Source: Octopus bimaculoides (Eukaryota). Taken from it: a stretch of DNA of 40,301 nt. The DNA lies in the NCBI RefSeq assembly GCF_001194135.2, contig NC_069005.1, forward strand, positions 20,389,652 through 20,429,952, written 5' to 3'. The notes beneath the pieces were generated by a model. The model was given only the letters and a program-made list of their open reading frames with translations, made no database searches and was not told where the DNA came from. Below are positions 22,359 through 34,343 of this stretch, one piece after another. The number at the start of each line of letters is the position of its first letter. Positions within the stretch are counted from its first letter, which is position 1. Position numbers and translations under genes: made by a program.

Positions 22359-22705
22359 AGTATATTACTGGTTATAGCATGTAAACTGGTCAGAATGTTA
22401 TACACACCGTGATTTTTCGTCCTAATAATCTTCTGGTTTTTGCCTTCTTTGAAATATGTTTTTCGGATTGTTAATCACAATAGACATGGGTGGTTTGGGT
22501 TTTTGTCTACCTTTTCTATCTCTCCAGATTTCTTTGCCGACTTGTGGCTACGTTTCTTAGTTTTACTGGAGTTCCGACTGAGCACAGAGTCTGTTTGTTC
22601 GTAGTCTTGAAGTTTTTTTGTTTTTTTTTCTATCTATTATTTATTTTGTACTTTTCTCGTCTCGTCCGTCTGATTCGGCTTTTAACCAATACGGTAGACA
22701 ACTGC
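22359..22705 (-). other. Probable non-coding first exon of the GLTP-like gene
   Basis: Donor ATACT|GTAAGA at 22359, with an alternative AAG|GTAGAC at 22511. CpG-retaining unique sequence and an Inr-like GGCAGTTG near 22705. The TSS is not determinable. Confidence 0.5.
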
Positions 22706-23050
22706 CTGTGAAAGCATAATAGATAAAAGAATGTAAAGTAGTTATATATATCAAATGATAAATATGGTATACAACGTACTACTACTATCTATTAAGAAAA
22801 AGAGAACTCGATACTTATATTGATAAAAAGTTTAGTGGGATTTGGCACCTCACAAGTGACACTTATTCATCCCAGATGGGAATCTCCGGGCGATAATTAT
22901 ATATATATATAAATTAAGCGCTAAGCTAATACATTTGTTAAAACTTGTCCCCCGCGCGTAGTCTTCTTTGTGCTTATTACCATGTGTTGCGAGATAAATG
23001 GATGGTGTGTATAATAAGCCCACGTTAAAGTCGTGGGCCAGTCTGTCTTA
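22700..23050 (-). promoter_or_regulatory. Putative GLTP proximal promoter region
   Basis: TE-free sequence with retained CpGs (CCCGCGCGTAG, CCCACG...CGTGGG) directly upstream of the inferred first exon. Confidence 0.4.
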
Positions 23051-24091
23051 TGGGTTGTATTAAGAACTTACTCCAGCTGTGTTCTTCCTTTTTTTAAATT
23101 AAAGATGAAGTATGCATTTTAAGGAAATGTGGCTGCTATTTCTAACATGTCAAGTGACAAGCAGAGACATCTACGTTACCTTGAGGGTGTGTGTATATGA
23201 AATTCTACACGCTTATATTATACAAAGAGTAACTGTTGGAGTATATTAAGGTAGCCAGATGTAAACATGTCAGAACAATGTAGATAGACTGGGCGTGTGT
23301 GTACGTATGTATGAAGACAGAAAAACAGACGGATAGATAAACAGATAGGTAGGTAGACAAAGATAGTTAATAAAACAATTAGACAGATACAAATAAGTAG
23401 GCAGACACAGATCGATGTTTACTTAATGCTTCCTTAATATTTTGCCAACCTGTTTTACAAAGTATCCCTGAAGGGGTTTGGTATCTGATAGGACAGCACC
23501 AAATCACATGAAACATTATCCGAATATATCCAATGTGTTAACCTACGTTTGAAACAAAGGAAGATATTCACAGAAATAGTAATACAAAATAACGTAAACG
23601 AGAGAAGGGGAATACCTCTTTCGTGAAAGAATGGGTTGTAAAAATGGGTGGTGCCGGTTCGTAAGGGTTAAAAGGAGGAAGAGGAGAAAAGTGAAAGAAA
23701 GGGAGATATAGTAAAATAACAATGGGAGAAAGAGAGAGAAAGTAAACTTATACAGTTAAGGAGTGAGGGAAGAGTAACAGGCATTTAGATATACCAATAT
23801 AATAAGGATGGATGGGAAGCAGAGATAGAAGCAAAGGAAATAAGAGAGTAAGAGGTGAAATTAAAATATAAATAGGCACAGTGGGAGAAGAGAGTAGCTA
23901 TAACAGCTTTAATAGACGAGACAAGAAGAATGGAATATATATTGGAGAGCTTTACAGCCTCTAAAGTTACATACATACATACAACAAGAGGATGGAATTA
24001 ACAGGTTTTACAAATACATTTGTTTCAGTGCAGTGTGGTAACAGCCGCAAGTTGCTGAGTTTTTCCGTCTCATACTATTTATCGGTTACCA

Positions 24092-24424
24092 TTTACTTGA
24101 TTCAGTCATTAGACTACAGTCGTGCTGGGTCAACGCCGTGATGAACTTTAAGTCGAATGAATCGACCCAGTATTAATTTTTAAAAAGACTGGTACTTATT
24201 TTATTGCTTTCTTTTTCGCCGAACCGCTATGTTACGGGGACGTAAATAAACCAACACCGGTTGCCAACCGGTGATGGGGACAAAAACACGCACACATATA
24301 TCGATTACGGGCTTCTTTTAGTTTCCGTCTACCAAATCCACTGACAAGGTGTTAAGCAGTGGAACTGAACCTGGAACCATGCAGTTGGGATGTAAGCTTC
24401 TTACCACACAGCCATGACTGCGTT
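24092..24424 (-). mobile_element. SINE family 1, full-length CpG-retaining copy
   Basis: GCCGAACCGCTATGTTACGGGGACG...GTTTCCGTCTACCAAATCCAC...CTTACCACACAGCC. Confidence 0.85.
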
Positions 24425-24769
24425 TATTGCATAAACTATTTCATAAATAATTACATAAATAGATATGATCCAGCACCGGCTGTGTGCCAATACATCATCA
24501 GGTTGGTTGCTTTTTAAAGCACTGAATAAATTAATAAATAAATTCATATATTGTTATATTTTGGGATGGTCGGTTTTTTACTAGTCAAATAAATACACGT
24601 TCTTCACTCGTTTCTTTATTGTTCTTATTTTATCTTAAGTCCATCGTCTGGAAATCTTTCGTCACACCTGTAAACTCTTCAGCAACTCTTCCATCCCACG
24701 TGTCTCCTTCTGTTCTGTTTATCCATTCTGTCTTTTTATGATGTATATCCTTATCTGCACTGATGCTAC

Positions 24770-26452
24770 ATTTCTGGTAAGACACCTGCAGGAGAAATTC
24801 CTAGCCAAAGATAAACCTCTGTACATGGCTTTCGTTAACATGGAGAAAGCCTTTGATAGAGTACCCCGATCCCTTATCTGGTGATCAATGTAGAAACTAG
24901 AGATAGATGAGTGGTTGGTGAGAGCTGTACAAGCCATGTAAAGGGATGCTGTCAGTAAGGTGAGGGTTGGCAACGAGTATAGTGAAGAATTCTAGGTAGA
25001 TGTTTGGGTTCACCAAGGATCAGTCCTCAGCCTTCTCTTGTTCATCATAGTCCTCCCGGCAATAATGGAGGAATTCCAGACAGGCTGCCTCTGGGAGCTC
25101 CTCTATGCTGACGACCTTGCTCTAATAGCTGAATCACTACTTGAACTAGAGGAAAGGTTTCAAGTGTGGAAGCAAGGTCTAAAATCAGAGGAACTTGGAG
25201 TCAATCTAGCAAAAAACCAAAGTCTTAGTAAGTAAGAAGCAGACAAATCATAAATCCCTTCAGGTATGGCCCTACTCAATCTGCAGAAAAGTAGGTAGAA
25301 ACTCCATAAGATGTACCCGGTGTAAGCTATGGACTGAGAAGATAGTTTTTGTGTGTGGCAGATGCACAGGGACAATAAATACCAAAGATATACAGGAAAC
25401 AGATTCCATCACATGCCAGAGTGAAAAACTAGTAGTTGATAGCTTCCATTACATAAGTGATCAAGTCAGTAGCGGAGATGGATACTGTGAGAGTGTGGCT
25501 GCTAGAATAAGAATAGGGTGGATAAAGTTCAGAGAGCTCCTACCTCTGCTGGTAACAAAGGGCCTCTTGCTCAGAGTGAAAGGTAGACTGTATGATGCCT
25601 GTGTACGAACAACCATGTTACATAGCAGTGAAACATGGGCTGTGACTGCCGAGGACATGCATAGGCTTGAAAGAAATGGTGCTAGTATGCTCTGCTGGAT
25701 GGGTAATGTCAGTGTACATGACAGAGTGCAAGCACCCTGAGAGAAAAGTTGGACATAAGAAACATCAAATGTGCAAGAGAGACAACTGCACTGGTATGGT
25801 CATGTGTTGCATATGGATGAGGACAGCTGTGTGGAGAAGTGTCACACCCTAACAGTAGAGGGCGCCTGTGGAAGAGATAGACCCAGAAAGACCTGGGATG
25901 AAGTGGTGAAGCACGAACTTTAAATGTTGGGCTTCACAGAGACAATGACAAGTGACCGATACGTTTGGAGATGTGCTGTGCTTCAGGAGACCTGGATAGC
26001 TAAGTGAGATCGTATCTGTGGCCAATGCCAGTGTTGCATAAGTGGCCCATTTAAAAGTACCCTTCAATCGCTGGGCAATATGCTGTGCTTGAGAAGACCT
26101 GCTGAGTCAAGTGAAATTGTTGTCGTGGCCAATGCCAATGCCATGTGACTGGCACCATTCGAAGTGACCGATGCCCATACTGCTTGACTAGCTCCCATGC
26201 TGTCAGCATGTCAAAAGCACTATTCGAGTGTGGTCATTGTTAGTACCACCTGATTAACTCCTGTGTGGGTAGCACGTAAAAAGCACCTACTACACTCTCA
26301 GAGTGGTTGGCGTTAGGAAGGGCATCCAGCTATAGAAAACTCGCCAGAACTGATTGGAGCCTGGCACAGCCTTCTGGCTTGCCAGTCCTCAGTCAAACTG
26401 TTCACCCCATGCTAGTATGGAAAGCGGATGTTAAACGATGATGATGGTGATG

Positions 26453-26459
<7 letters not shown>
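24770..26459 (+). mobile_element. 5'-truncated RTE LINE (RT, C-terminus and 3' UTR with (GAT)n tail)
   Basis: YMAFVNMEKAFDRVPR, HQGSVLS, WELLYADDLALIAES, KGRLYDACVRTTMLHSSETWA. Premature stops. Tail at 26436-26459. Confidence 0.93.
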
Positions 26460-26486
<27 letters not shown>

Positions 26487-26525
26487 AGTAAAAAGTAGCA
26501 AAATTTGAAACACTTTATTATTATT

Positions 26526-26610
26526 AAGGTGGCAAGCTGGCAGAAACCTTAGCATGCCAAGCAAGATGCTTAGCTGCATTTTGTCTGTTTTTACATTCTG
26601 AGTTCAAACC
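26526..26610 (+). mobile_element. SINE family 2 head fragment
   Basis: AAGGTGGCAAGCTGGCAGAAACCTTAGC...GAGTTCAAA. Confidence 0.75.
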
Positions 26611-26619
26611 TTCATTGAC

Positions 26620-27002
26620 TTTTTAAAGATCCACTAGGAAAGTGAGGGTGGAATGGAAAGTTCTCCATGCCAGTGAATTTGTTAAAAGATGGGTAACTGT
26701 GGGAAAATGGTTAGAGTAAATGGGCCTGTAGATTGGAGAGCATGAGAAAGGCCTCAGGCTTTTGGTGGTTGGGGGTAATCCTGGATCTGTGAGCCTCCTT
26801 GATTGGCCCTCGGTGGAGTTTATCCTGTATAAGGAGGACTGCACTATTCATGTTATCATACTTTGTATACTGTGTATACTTTTATTGCATTTCACTGCTT
26901 TTCCCATTTCTTTCTTATCCTTTATACAAATCCCCACACAAATTGTCATCTGTCCTAGTGATAACCCTACTTCTTCTGAGGCCCTTGTGGGTAATAAAAG
27001 AA

Positions 27003-27003
<1 letters not shown>
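26620..27003 (+). mobile_element. Unclassified non-LTR 3' end with AATAAA and (TTA)n tail
   Basis: Shares GGGTAATCCT.GATCT...CCTTGATTGGC...GGACTGCA and the terminal AATAAAAGAAAT with 31560-31830. Confidence 0.5.
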
Positions 27004-27035
<32 letters not shown>

Positions 27036-27577
27036 GAGTGAGAGAGCAGTGCATGCTGTCAAAGTGATTCTGAGGTCAAATATACGAAGCCCAGTATATC
27101 TATCATGACTAACTGTCTGATAGGGATACACCAGGCACAACCATATGTGCGCGACATGGTGATCTTATATCAAGATTAACAGCACATGACCTTGCAGGTG
27201 GGGCCCAGTTAGAATTTTCTTCAGGTTGAGTAACCCATCCCACCCAAAAGATCCCTGAATAAGGTTTGTTTAAGGGTGAACAAAACACCCATGTTTCCAG
27301 AGGTAAATTATTCAAACCCCAAAGACTTCCTCTCAACACATGGCTACAATGTTCCCCTACTTCTTCTGCTCATGATCAGAGATGCACATATCGTCAGCCA
27401 CTAAGGAATATGCTCAACTGGTTATGGTCAAACAACTGACAAGCAAATCTGCAGTGTTGAGCAGAATATTTGCTGTAACCCATCTTTTATACCAAGACAA
27501 AACAATGTACATGATAACACTTCCAATCAGTGAAGACCAGAAGCCATGAGAGGCACTGCCTGGTACTGCATCAGGGC

Positions 27578-27582
<5 letters not shown>
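27036..27582. mobile_element. Unclassified interspersed element of about 545 bp embedded in (TTA)n
   Basis: Sharp boundaries with (TTA)n on both sides and no convincing ORF. The mobile-element call is inferred from this context. Confidence 0.5.
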
Positions 27583-27607
<25 letters not shown>

Positions 27608-27608
<1 letters not shown>

Positions 27609-28320
27609 GAAGCCAGTGAGCTGGTAGAATCGTTGGCATGCTGGACGAAATGCTTAGCAGTATTTTGCCTGTCACTATGTTACTGAATTCAAATTCTGCT
27701 GAGGTCGACTTTGCCTTTTCATTAAGTAGCAGTGAAACACTGGGGTCAATGTAATCAGCTAACACCCTCCCGCAAAATTTCAGGCCTTGTGCCTTTAGTA
27801 GAAAGGCTTATTATTATAAAGGCAGCGAGCTGGCAGAATCGTTAGCATGCCAGGCAAAATGCTTAGTGGCATTTCGTTTGTCCTTATGTTCTGAGTTCTT
27901 ATGTTCTAAGCACGCCAAGCAAAATGTTTAGTGGTATTTCATCTGTCCTTATGCGCTGCGGTCGACTTTGCCTTTTATCCTTTCAGGGTTGATAATTAAG
28001 TACCAGTTGAACGTTAGGCTTGATGCAAATGACTTACTCCTCCCTCGAAATTGCTAGCCTTATGCCAACATTTGAAACCATTATTATTATTATTATTATT
28101 AACAATAGTAATGGTAACAAACTTATTTGTTTATTTACTAGGTTTAACAACAATTTCGACCTGGCAGAATTATTAGGGCATCGGATAAAATGTCTTGCGG
28201 TATTTGTTTTGACTCTTTACATTCCGAGTTCAAACTCTATCGAGGTCACATTTGCATATCATCCTCTCAGGGTTAATAAAGTAAAGTCCCATTCAAGTCC
28301 TGGGGTCGAAAATTGTTGTT
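27608..28320 (+). mobile_element. Cluster of about four SINE family 2 copies/fragments separated by (TTA)n
   Basis: Repeated head GAGCTGGCAGAATCGTTAGC and body GAGGTCGACTTTGCC at about 27610, 27820, 27910 and 28155. Confidence 0.8.
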
Positions 28321-28349
28321 GGCTTTGTACCTCATCTCAACTAAACAAC

Positions 28350-28563
28350 ATTAACACGTCCGTAATCAAGTCGTTCGTCTGAGTTCCTCGGCCATCATTA
28401 TTTGACAATAATGTCTGGAGTTGAATATAATGTTGACTGTTGCTAACCAACTCAAACATTAATTTTCGTGTTTTTGAACAAATAATTTCTGAAGTTACGT
28501 CAACAGTTTATTTAAAAACTTGACAGAAATTTTAAAAAGAACGAGCGCAAAACACGATTCTAG
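28350..28563 (+). other. Probable non-coding first exon of TCHP
   Basis: CpG-retaining unique sequence ending in a consensus donor TAG|GTAAGT at 28563, with no ATG-initiated frame reaching the donor. Start position is approximate. Confidence 0.55.
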
Positions 28564-28620
28564 GTAAGTTACAAAAAGGATATTTATATCTTAATATTAT
28601 TCCTCGAAGATTTTATACTG

Positions 28621-28812
28621 ATTTCAAATTTTGACACAAGGCCAGTAATTTCGGAGGAGGGAACAAGTCGGTTACAACGATCCCCAGTGTTCATCTGGTA
28701 CTTATTTTATTGACTTCGAAAGGATGAAAGGAAAAGTTGACCTCGGCGGAATTTGACGGAATCAGACGTCAAGACGGACGAAATGTCGCTCAGCATTTTG
28801 TCCGGCCGCTTT
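28621..28812 (-). mobile_element. SINE family 2, CpG-retaining copy
   Basis: TTTCAAATTTTGACACAAGGCCAG...GACCTCGGCGGAATTTG...GACGGACGAAATG. Confidence 0.8.
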
Positions 28813-29168
28813 AAACTCTAAGTTTTCATGTTAAACACAACAAAAGACAAAAGGTATGTTATTAAGATAACGGCAGTTATAAATTATATTGTTACAGAAA
28901 TTTGTTCAAACTAGTGATGGTTTGAGGCTGACATTCAGTTAATAAAGTTCGTTTAACTTCGAGCCAACGTTGATTATCCACAGCTACGATCATCCCGTCT
29001 TATTACAGGTATCTTGGACAACGTTATTAACCTATAGTTTCCTTATTTAAGGTAGTTGGGAGTGAGTTGAGACATTCAGCTGCTATTTTTGGAATCTCGG
29101 AAACGATGTAGAGGTCATTCGTGAGTAATTTGCTGCTTGTTCAAATTGTTAGAAATATATCTCTGCAA

Positions 29169-29471
29169 CAGATGTTCTCAGCCGTTTTTTCATTATCTAT
29201 GGACCCCTTTGATTACTATTTTATTCTAGTGGACCCTCGTAGTCATTCAATGTTTAAAAACTAGTTCTATAGAAACTCCTTTCAAAATTCCTATTTTGTT
29301 TCTCACATATTAAAACTTGAACTATAGCTGTTTCTTGCAACACATACCAGTACATACATCTAAAGCAAATTTTTTTCAGGGGCCTTGAAAATACTATTGT
29401 AGATCCCCAATTTACTATTTTGTTGCGTCGACCCCCACGAAATCCATATGGACTCCGGTTGAGAACCACTG
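29169..29471. mobile_element. hAT (Charlie-like) MITE
   Basis: TIRs CAGATGTTCTCAGCC and GGTTGAGAACCACTG. The 8-bp flanks CTCTGCAA and CTCTATGC share only CTCT, so the TSD is degraded. Confidence 0.7.
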
Positions 29472-29694
29472 CTCTATGCATCATGACTTACTTGAGGCAT
29501 ACCTATACAAGTTGTGGCCCTCTCCGTTTTTGTATCCTCATGACTTTCAGAAAAAAAAATGGATATTTATTAATGAAATTTTCTACAAATACCTTTCAGA
29601 TAGTGTAGATTACGATTATATCGGAATTTGGTATGGAACAAAAAAATGGTTGGTACCGAACGCATGCATACTGACATATGTCATATATATATAT

Positions 29695-29865
29695 TGATTT
29701 CAATTTTTGGCACATGGTCAGCAATTCTGGGGGAGGGTATAAGTCGATTACATCAACCCTAGTGCTCAGCTGGTACCTTTTTTATCGACCCTAGTGGCAT
29801 TTGGACACTGAACATACAGACGGACGAAATGTTGCTGTGCTAACAATTCTGCCAGCTCGCCGACC
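29695..29865 (-). mobile_element. SINE family 2 copy
   Basis: TTTCAATTTTTGGCACATGGTCAGC...TTCTGCCAGCTCGCCG. A further fragment lies at about 30100-30205. Confidence 0.75.
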
Positions 29866-29877
29866 TCACATCACATA

Positions 29878-30097
29878 TACGAAGGGGTGCTGAAAAGTTC
29901 TTGACTTTGGATAAAAGAAAATACAGGAAGATCAGTTAATTATGATTTTATTCAACATATTCCCGTCTTAGATTCACACACTTATTGCAGTGGTCCTTTA
30001 GTTTTTCTAAGCCCTGTAAAAGAACTCGGAAGGTTGGTTCTCCAACCAAGCCTTTTGTGATACCCATAATGCTAGGAACTTTTTAGCACCTCCTTGT
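29878..30097 (-). mobile_element. Mariner-derived MITE (same family as 3678-3887)
   Basis: TA CGAAGGGGTGCTGAAAAGTTC...GGAACTTTTTAGCACC. The interior is the reverse complement of the first copy. Confidence 0.82.
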
Positions 30098-30387
30098 TTA
30101 TTGATTTCAAATTTTGACACAAGGCTAGCAATTCGGGGGGGAGGGGCATAAATAAATTACATCCACCCTAGTGTCTAGTTGGTACTTATTTTATCGACCA
30201 TGAAAGGGTGACTGTGATTTTTTGGGGGGCTTTCCACAAATAATCCTCAATGGTCTCCTTTTAGAAATTTTTTCTTTGTTTCAATTATATTTTTATGTTT
30301 TGTTATTTTTCTTGTTTACATGTTTTTTTATGCAATCCCACAATGTATCATCCTACACAATCCTCAATATGTTTGTTAATGCTTCTG

Positions 30388-30431
<44 letters not shown>

Positions 30432-30434
30432 GTT

Positions 30435-30650
30435 GAGTAGGTAGAATCAATAGTGAGTCGAATGAAATTCTTAGTAGTATTTCTCCCAGCTCTTTACATT
30501 CTGGGTCCAAATTTGAGCTCAACTTTGCTTTTCCTCCTTTCAGGGTCAATAAAATAAAGTACCAGTTGAGCACTGGGGTTGATGTAATCAACTTATCCCT
30601 TCCCTTAAGATTGCTGGCCTTGTGCCTACAGTAGAAAAGATTATTATTAT
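30435..30650 (+). mobile_element. SINE family 2 copy between (TTA)n tracts
   Basis: CAACTTTGCTTTTCCTCCTTTCAGGGTCAATAAAATAAAGTACCAG...GTAGAAAAGATTATTA. Confidence 0.78.
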
Positions 30651-30652
30651 TA

Positions 30653-30654
<2 letters not shown>

Positions 30655-30710
<56 letters not shown>
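30655..30710. repeat. (CT)n microsatellite
   Basis: Direct reading. Confidence 0.95.
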
Positions 30711-30714
<4 letters not shown>

Positions 30715-31050
30715 CCACCCTGGTCACTCTCACTTGATCTTCTGTAGTGTAAGTAGCCTGGTAGTTCTACAAGGGGAAACTATTCTGGCCCCTTCTCTCA
30801 TACTTTTAACCTCTTGTCTTTTTCCTTCTCGTCTTCCATCTCTACAGAGGAAATCTTAGTCTTGCAAGCTGCATGGTGACCTCATCAGTGCTGTCACAAA
30901 AAAAGAAGCACCTTGTACATGTAAAGTGTGGAGGAGCATCTAGTTAAAACAATGTACAATGCTAAAGCAGATGTTGAAGTATGATGCAGTCTTTGGAGGC
31001 TACTGGATCCTGTCAGACCCTCCAGTCCATTCCAGCATGGAACATGAACG
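30711..31050 (+). mobile_element. Diverged RTE-type 3' UTR/tail
   Basis: GTCTTGCAAG...GGTGACC and CCATTCCAGCATGGAACATGAACGTT, similar to the reverse complement of 6120-6530. Confidence 0.5.
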
Positions 31051-31054
31051 TTCA

Positions 31055-31425
31055 ATAATCCTTTCTACTATGGGCACAAAGTCTGATATTTTGGGGGAGG
31101 AGGTAGTTGATTACATTGACACCAGTACTCAACTGGTACTTATTTTATTGACTCCCTGAAAGGGTGAAAGGCAAAGTTGACCTTGGTAGAATTTGAACTC
31201 AGAACGTGAAGACGGACAACATGCTGCCTTAATGGACGCCTTAATAATAAGAATAATGATGAAGTGCAAGGTTAGAAATTTGGTGGGAAGGGGGCAGTCA
31301 GTTATACTGACTTCAGTATTTGACTGGTATCTTATTTTGTTGACCCTGGAAGGGTGAAAGCAAAGTTGAAGCTAGTTGGATTTGAAATCAAAACATAGAG
31401 AGCCTTAATTTAAATACTGCGAGGA
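31055..31425 (-). mobile_element. Two SINE family 2 copies
   Basis: GAAAGGGTGAAAGGCAAAGTTGACCTTGG...AATTTGAACTCAGAAC twice. Further fragments at about 32350-32660. Confidence 0.75.
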
Positions 31426-31559
31426 ATTTTGCATCATGTTTAAGGTTTATAATTTTGGCATGACAAAAAATATTCAGAGAGAACATGGTTAATGGAATTA
31501 ACTGATACTATGAACCTATTCTAAGCATGCAGCTTTAGATTGAAGAACAACAGTTGGTG

Positions 31560-31830
31560 AGAACTTGTGCTCCTGGTTGTCAGGGTAATCCTAGATCTTG
31601 TGGTAGTTCCTTGATTGGCTCTAGTTGGAGGTTCTCTTCCCTCAAGTAGGACTGCATCATAGAATGGGGTCACATATTTGGTATACTTTATGTATTTTAT
31701 GCCTCGTTTCCCCCCTCTTTCTCCCCCCCCCTATCTTTTATTTAACCCCTCCCCCACGCATGTGAAAATTACTGTCTTTGTAATATCACTCATCTGATAT
31801 CCCTGCTGTAAATAAAAGAAATAATCATCA
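31560..31830 (+). mobile_element. Unclassified non-LTR 3' end related to 26620-27003
   Basis: Shared motifs. Ends in AATAAAAGAAAT followed by (CAT)/(CAC)/(CCT) triplet repeats. Confidence 0.45.
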
Positions 31831-32839
31831 TCTTTATCACCACCACTACCACCACCACCATCCTCCTCCTCCTCCTCCTCATCATCACCATCATCATCAT
31901 CATCAATGATAATGATAATGGGATTTTGTGGGTCGAAATGATCAAAAAGCAACAAAATATATGAAATTGTAGGACAGATGTTTCAATGGTTGCTAAACCA
32001 CAAATACATGTTGGATGTATTGTTCTAAAATATGGGGCAGAGCAGCTGACCGCACAAGTTCTATAAATACATACAAAGTGTATATAGGCACCTCAGCAAA
32101 CACATTACATCTGACACAAAAGCCAATCTAGCTAATAGATATAGAAATAAGACAATTTTTCTTTCTAAATAATAGTTTTCAAACCCACTAAATTGGCACA
32201 GAAGTTGAGTGCTAATGTATTTAATACAGGGAACATTAGCTAAAAATAATTGTTGATAGATAGATAGGTAAGATAGATAGAGAGATAAGATTGATAAATA
32301 GATTGATGGATAAAGAGTTGGGCAAGCAGTCAGTGGTTAGCCAACTAAATTGATCCTGGTTCTTCATTAGTATTTTACTTTATTGGCCCTGGAAACATGC
32401 AAAGCAAAGTTGAGGCCTTGGTGGGATTTGAACTCAGAACATAAAGAGATTGAAGAAATACTGTAATGCTTTTTGTTCAGCACTCTAACAATTCTTCTTA
32501 CATAAGTGCAAGGCCAGAACTTTTGTGGGATTTTTGGTGGGATTGTTGAATTCATTAACCCTGGTATTTGGCTGGTACTTTATTTTATTGATCCCAGGAA
32601 AACGAGGTCTAAAGAAGACATCAGCAATGTTTGAAATGAGAAACCTCAAAGCATTTTATCTGTTGTTGTTGCCCCCTTATGTCTACCATTAACCAGATTT
32701 TAGATGAGCCTTCTACTTACATACTTGACCTGTTAGAAATAACAACCAAATTGCCCTCAAATCACATCCCACAGCTGTGATTTTCAACCTTTTTTGTAAG
32801 GGGCTAAAAGTGTTATGACACACCATCAGCTTTTTAAAA

Positions 32840-33090
32840 GTTTTCATCATCATCACACATCCATTTTCCATGCTGGCATGAGTTGGTCAGTTTGACAGGA
32901 GGTGGCTAGCCAGAGAACTTTACCAAGTTACAGTATCTGCTTTGGAATGGTTTTCATACTAGGATGCCCTTCTTAACACTACTCATTTTACAGTGTGTAC
33001 TGGGTGCTTTTTATGTAGCACCAGCACCAGTGAGGTTACCTAGTAACTTGCAAGTCAGGACCCTTCAACTGAGGTGGTACAGTATTGAGG
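32840..33090 (-). mobile_element. RTE 3' tail copy
   Basis: CCATGCTGGCATGAG...GGATGCCCTTCTTAACAC...GTAACTTGCAAG. Confidence 0.75.
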
Positions 33091-33808
33091 GAAGTGACTA
33101 TGCTTTTTAAAAAGTTTTATTATATAAAAACCAAAACAAAAATTAAAACTGCTTTTAAACGAAGACAGGCGTATGCATTGCACTTTGCTGCAAAGGATTG
33201 CACATGCAGTTCAAGTTTTCTAAATGTCTTGACATTTTCTGACTCCTCACAACTGTATAGCATACAACTATACCACAGTACAGTAGAGAAGATCTTTCAG
33301 AAAAAAACCAGGACAATAGTGTTTATATTTTACAAAAAGTAAACTGAAATGAACATGGCTGGAATACTCTTGATAATCGGACAAATAATAACATCACTAT
33401 TCTAAACATTAATGGTAATAACAATGATGGTCGCTCTTGTTATTTTGATGGATGAGTGTTTGAAAGAGAGAATTTAAAGAAAAAAGTGGGGAAAAAGAGA
33501 AAACTTTTAAAAAGAAAAGCCCAGAAGAAGCTGCATCCATTTGTGATGGATGCGTGAATGTGATTTGAATCTAGGTATGGATTTTGCTATGAAGTTGCAA
33601 CGGGGACACTAATGATTTTGATTTTGTCTGTCCTTTGTGAAAGTCATTGCCTAGATTGAACTGCATGGCATAAAATGTGTCATGATGCATTGAAACATTT
33701 TGGATAATAATAACAATAATAATAGCAAAAGCACTCGGAGAGTGCAAACCTCTGCCAAGGTAATACCATGACACTCTCAACAATTAGCCAGAGATGATTT
33801 TTAAAATG

Positions 33809-34343
33809 GACAAGTGACCAGGACCTTTGGAGATATGCTGTACTTGAGAAGACCTGGCAAGCCAAGTGAGACCATAACTGTGGCCTATACCAGTGCAGCA
33901 TAACCGGCCCGTTTAAGAGTACCCTTCAATCATTGGACAATAAACTGCGCTTGCGAAGACCTGTTGAGGCAAGTGAAGTCATTGTTGTGGCCGATGACAG
34001 TACTGCCTGATTGGTACCTATGCCAGTGGAACGTTAAAAGCACCATTTGAGCATGATTGCTGCCAGGGCTACCTGACTGGCTCCTGAGCCGGTGGCACAT
34101 AAAAAACACCATTTGAGTGTGGTTGTTGCCAGTACTGCCTGACTGGCCCTTGTGCTGGTGGCACGTAAAAGCACCCACTATACTCTTGGAGTGGTTAGTG
34201 TTAGGAAGGGCATCCAGCTGTAGAAACTTTGCCAGATCAGATTGGAGCCTGGTGCAGCCTTCTGGTTCACCAGCCCTCAGTCTAACTGTCCAACCCATGC
34301 CAGCATGGAAAGCGGACATTAAACAATGATGATGATGATGATG
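33809..34343 (+). mobile_element. RTE 3' end (ORF end plus UTR plus (GAT)n) inserted in the HINE
   Basis: Matches 25950-26459 (GCTGTACTTGAGAAGACC...GGAAGGGCATCCAGC...(GAT)n). Confidence 0.88.

Noticed and set aside
22422-22487. ATG at 22487 as the GLTP start codon
   Set aside because: The frame closes after 21 codons. Treated as a possible uORF.
22490-22711. 73-aa hydrophobic plus-strand ORF
   Set aside because: Antisense reading of the A-rich GLTP leader. Hydrophobicity comes from T runs.
23546-23672. Possible TTAA-flanked piggyBac-like MITE
   Set aside because: The two ends match only weakly (TTAACC.TACG), which is insufficient support.
23300-24000. Strongly purine-biased tract upstream of GLTP
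   Set aside because: Explained by degenerate (GATA)n and GA-rich low-complexity sequence, with no specific structure identified.
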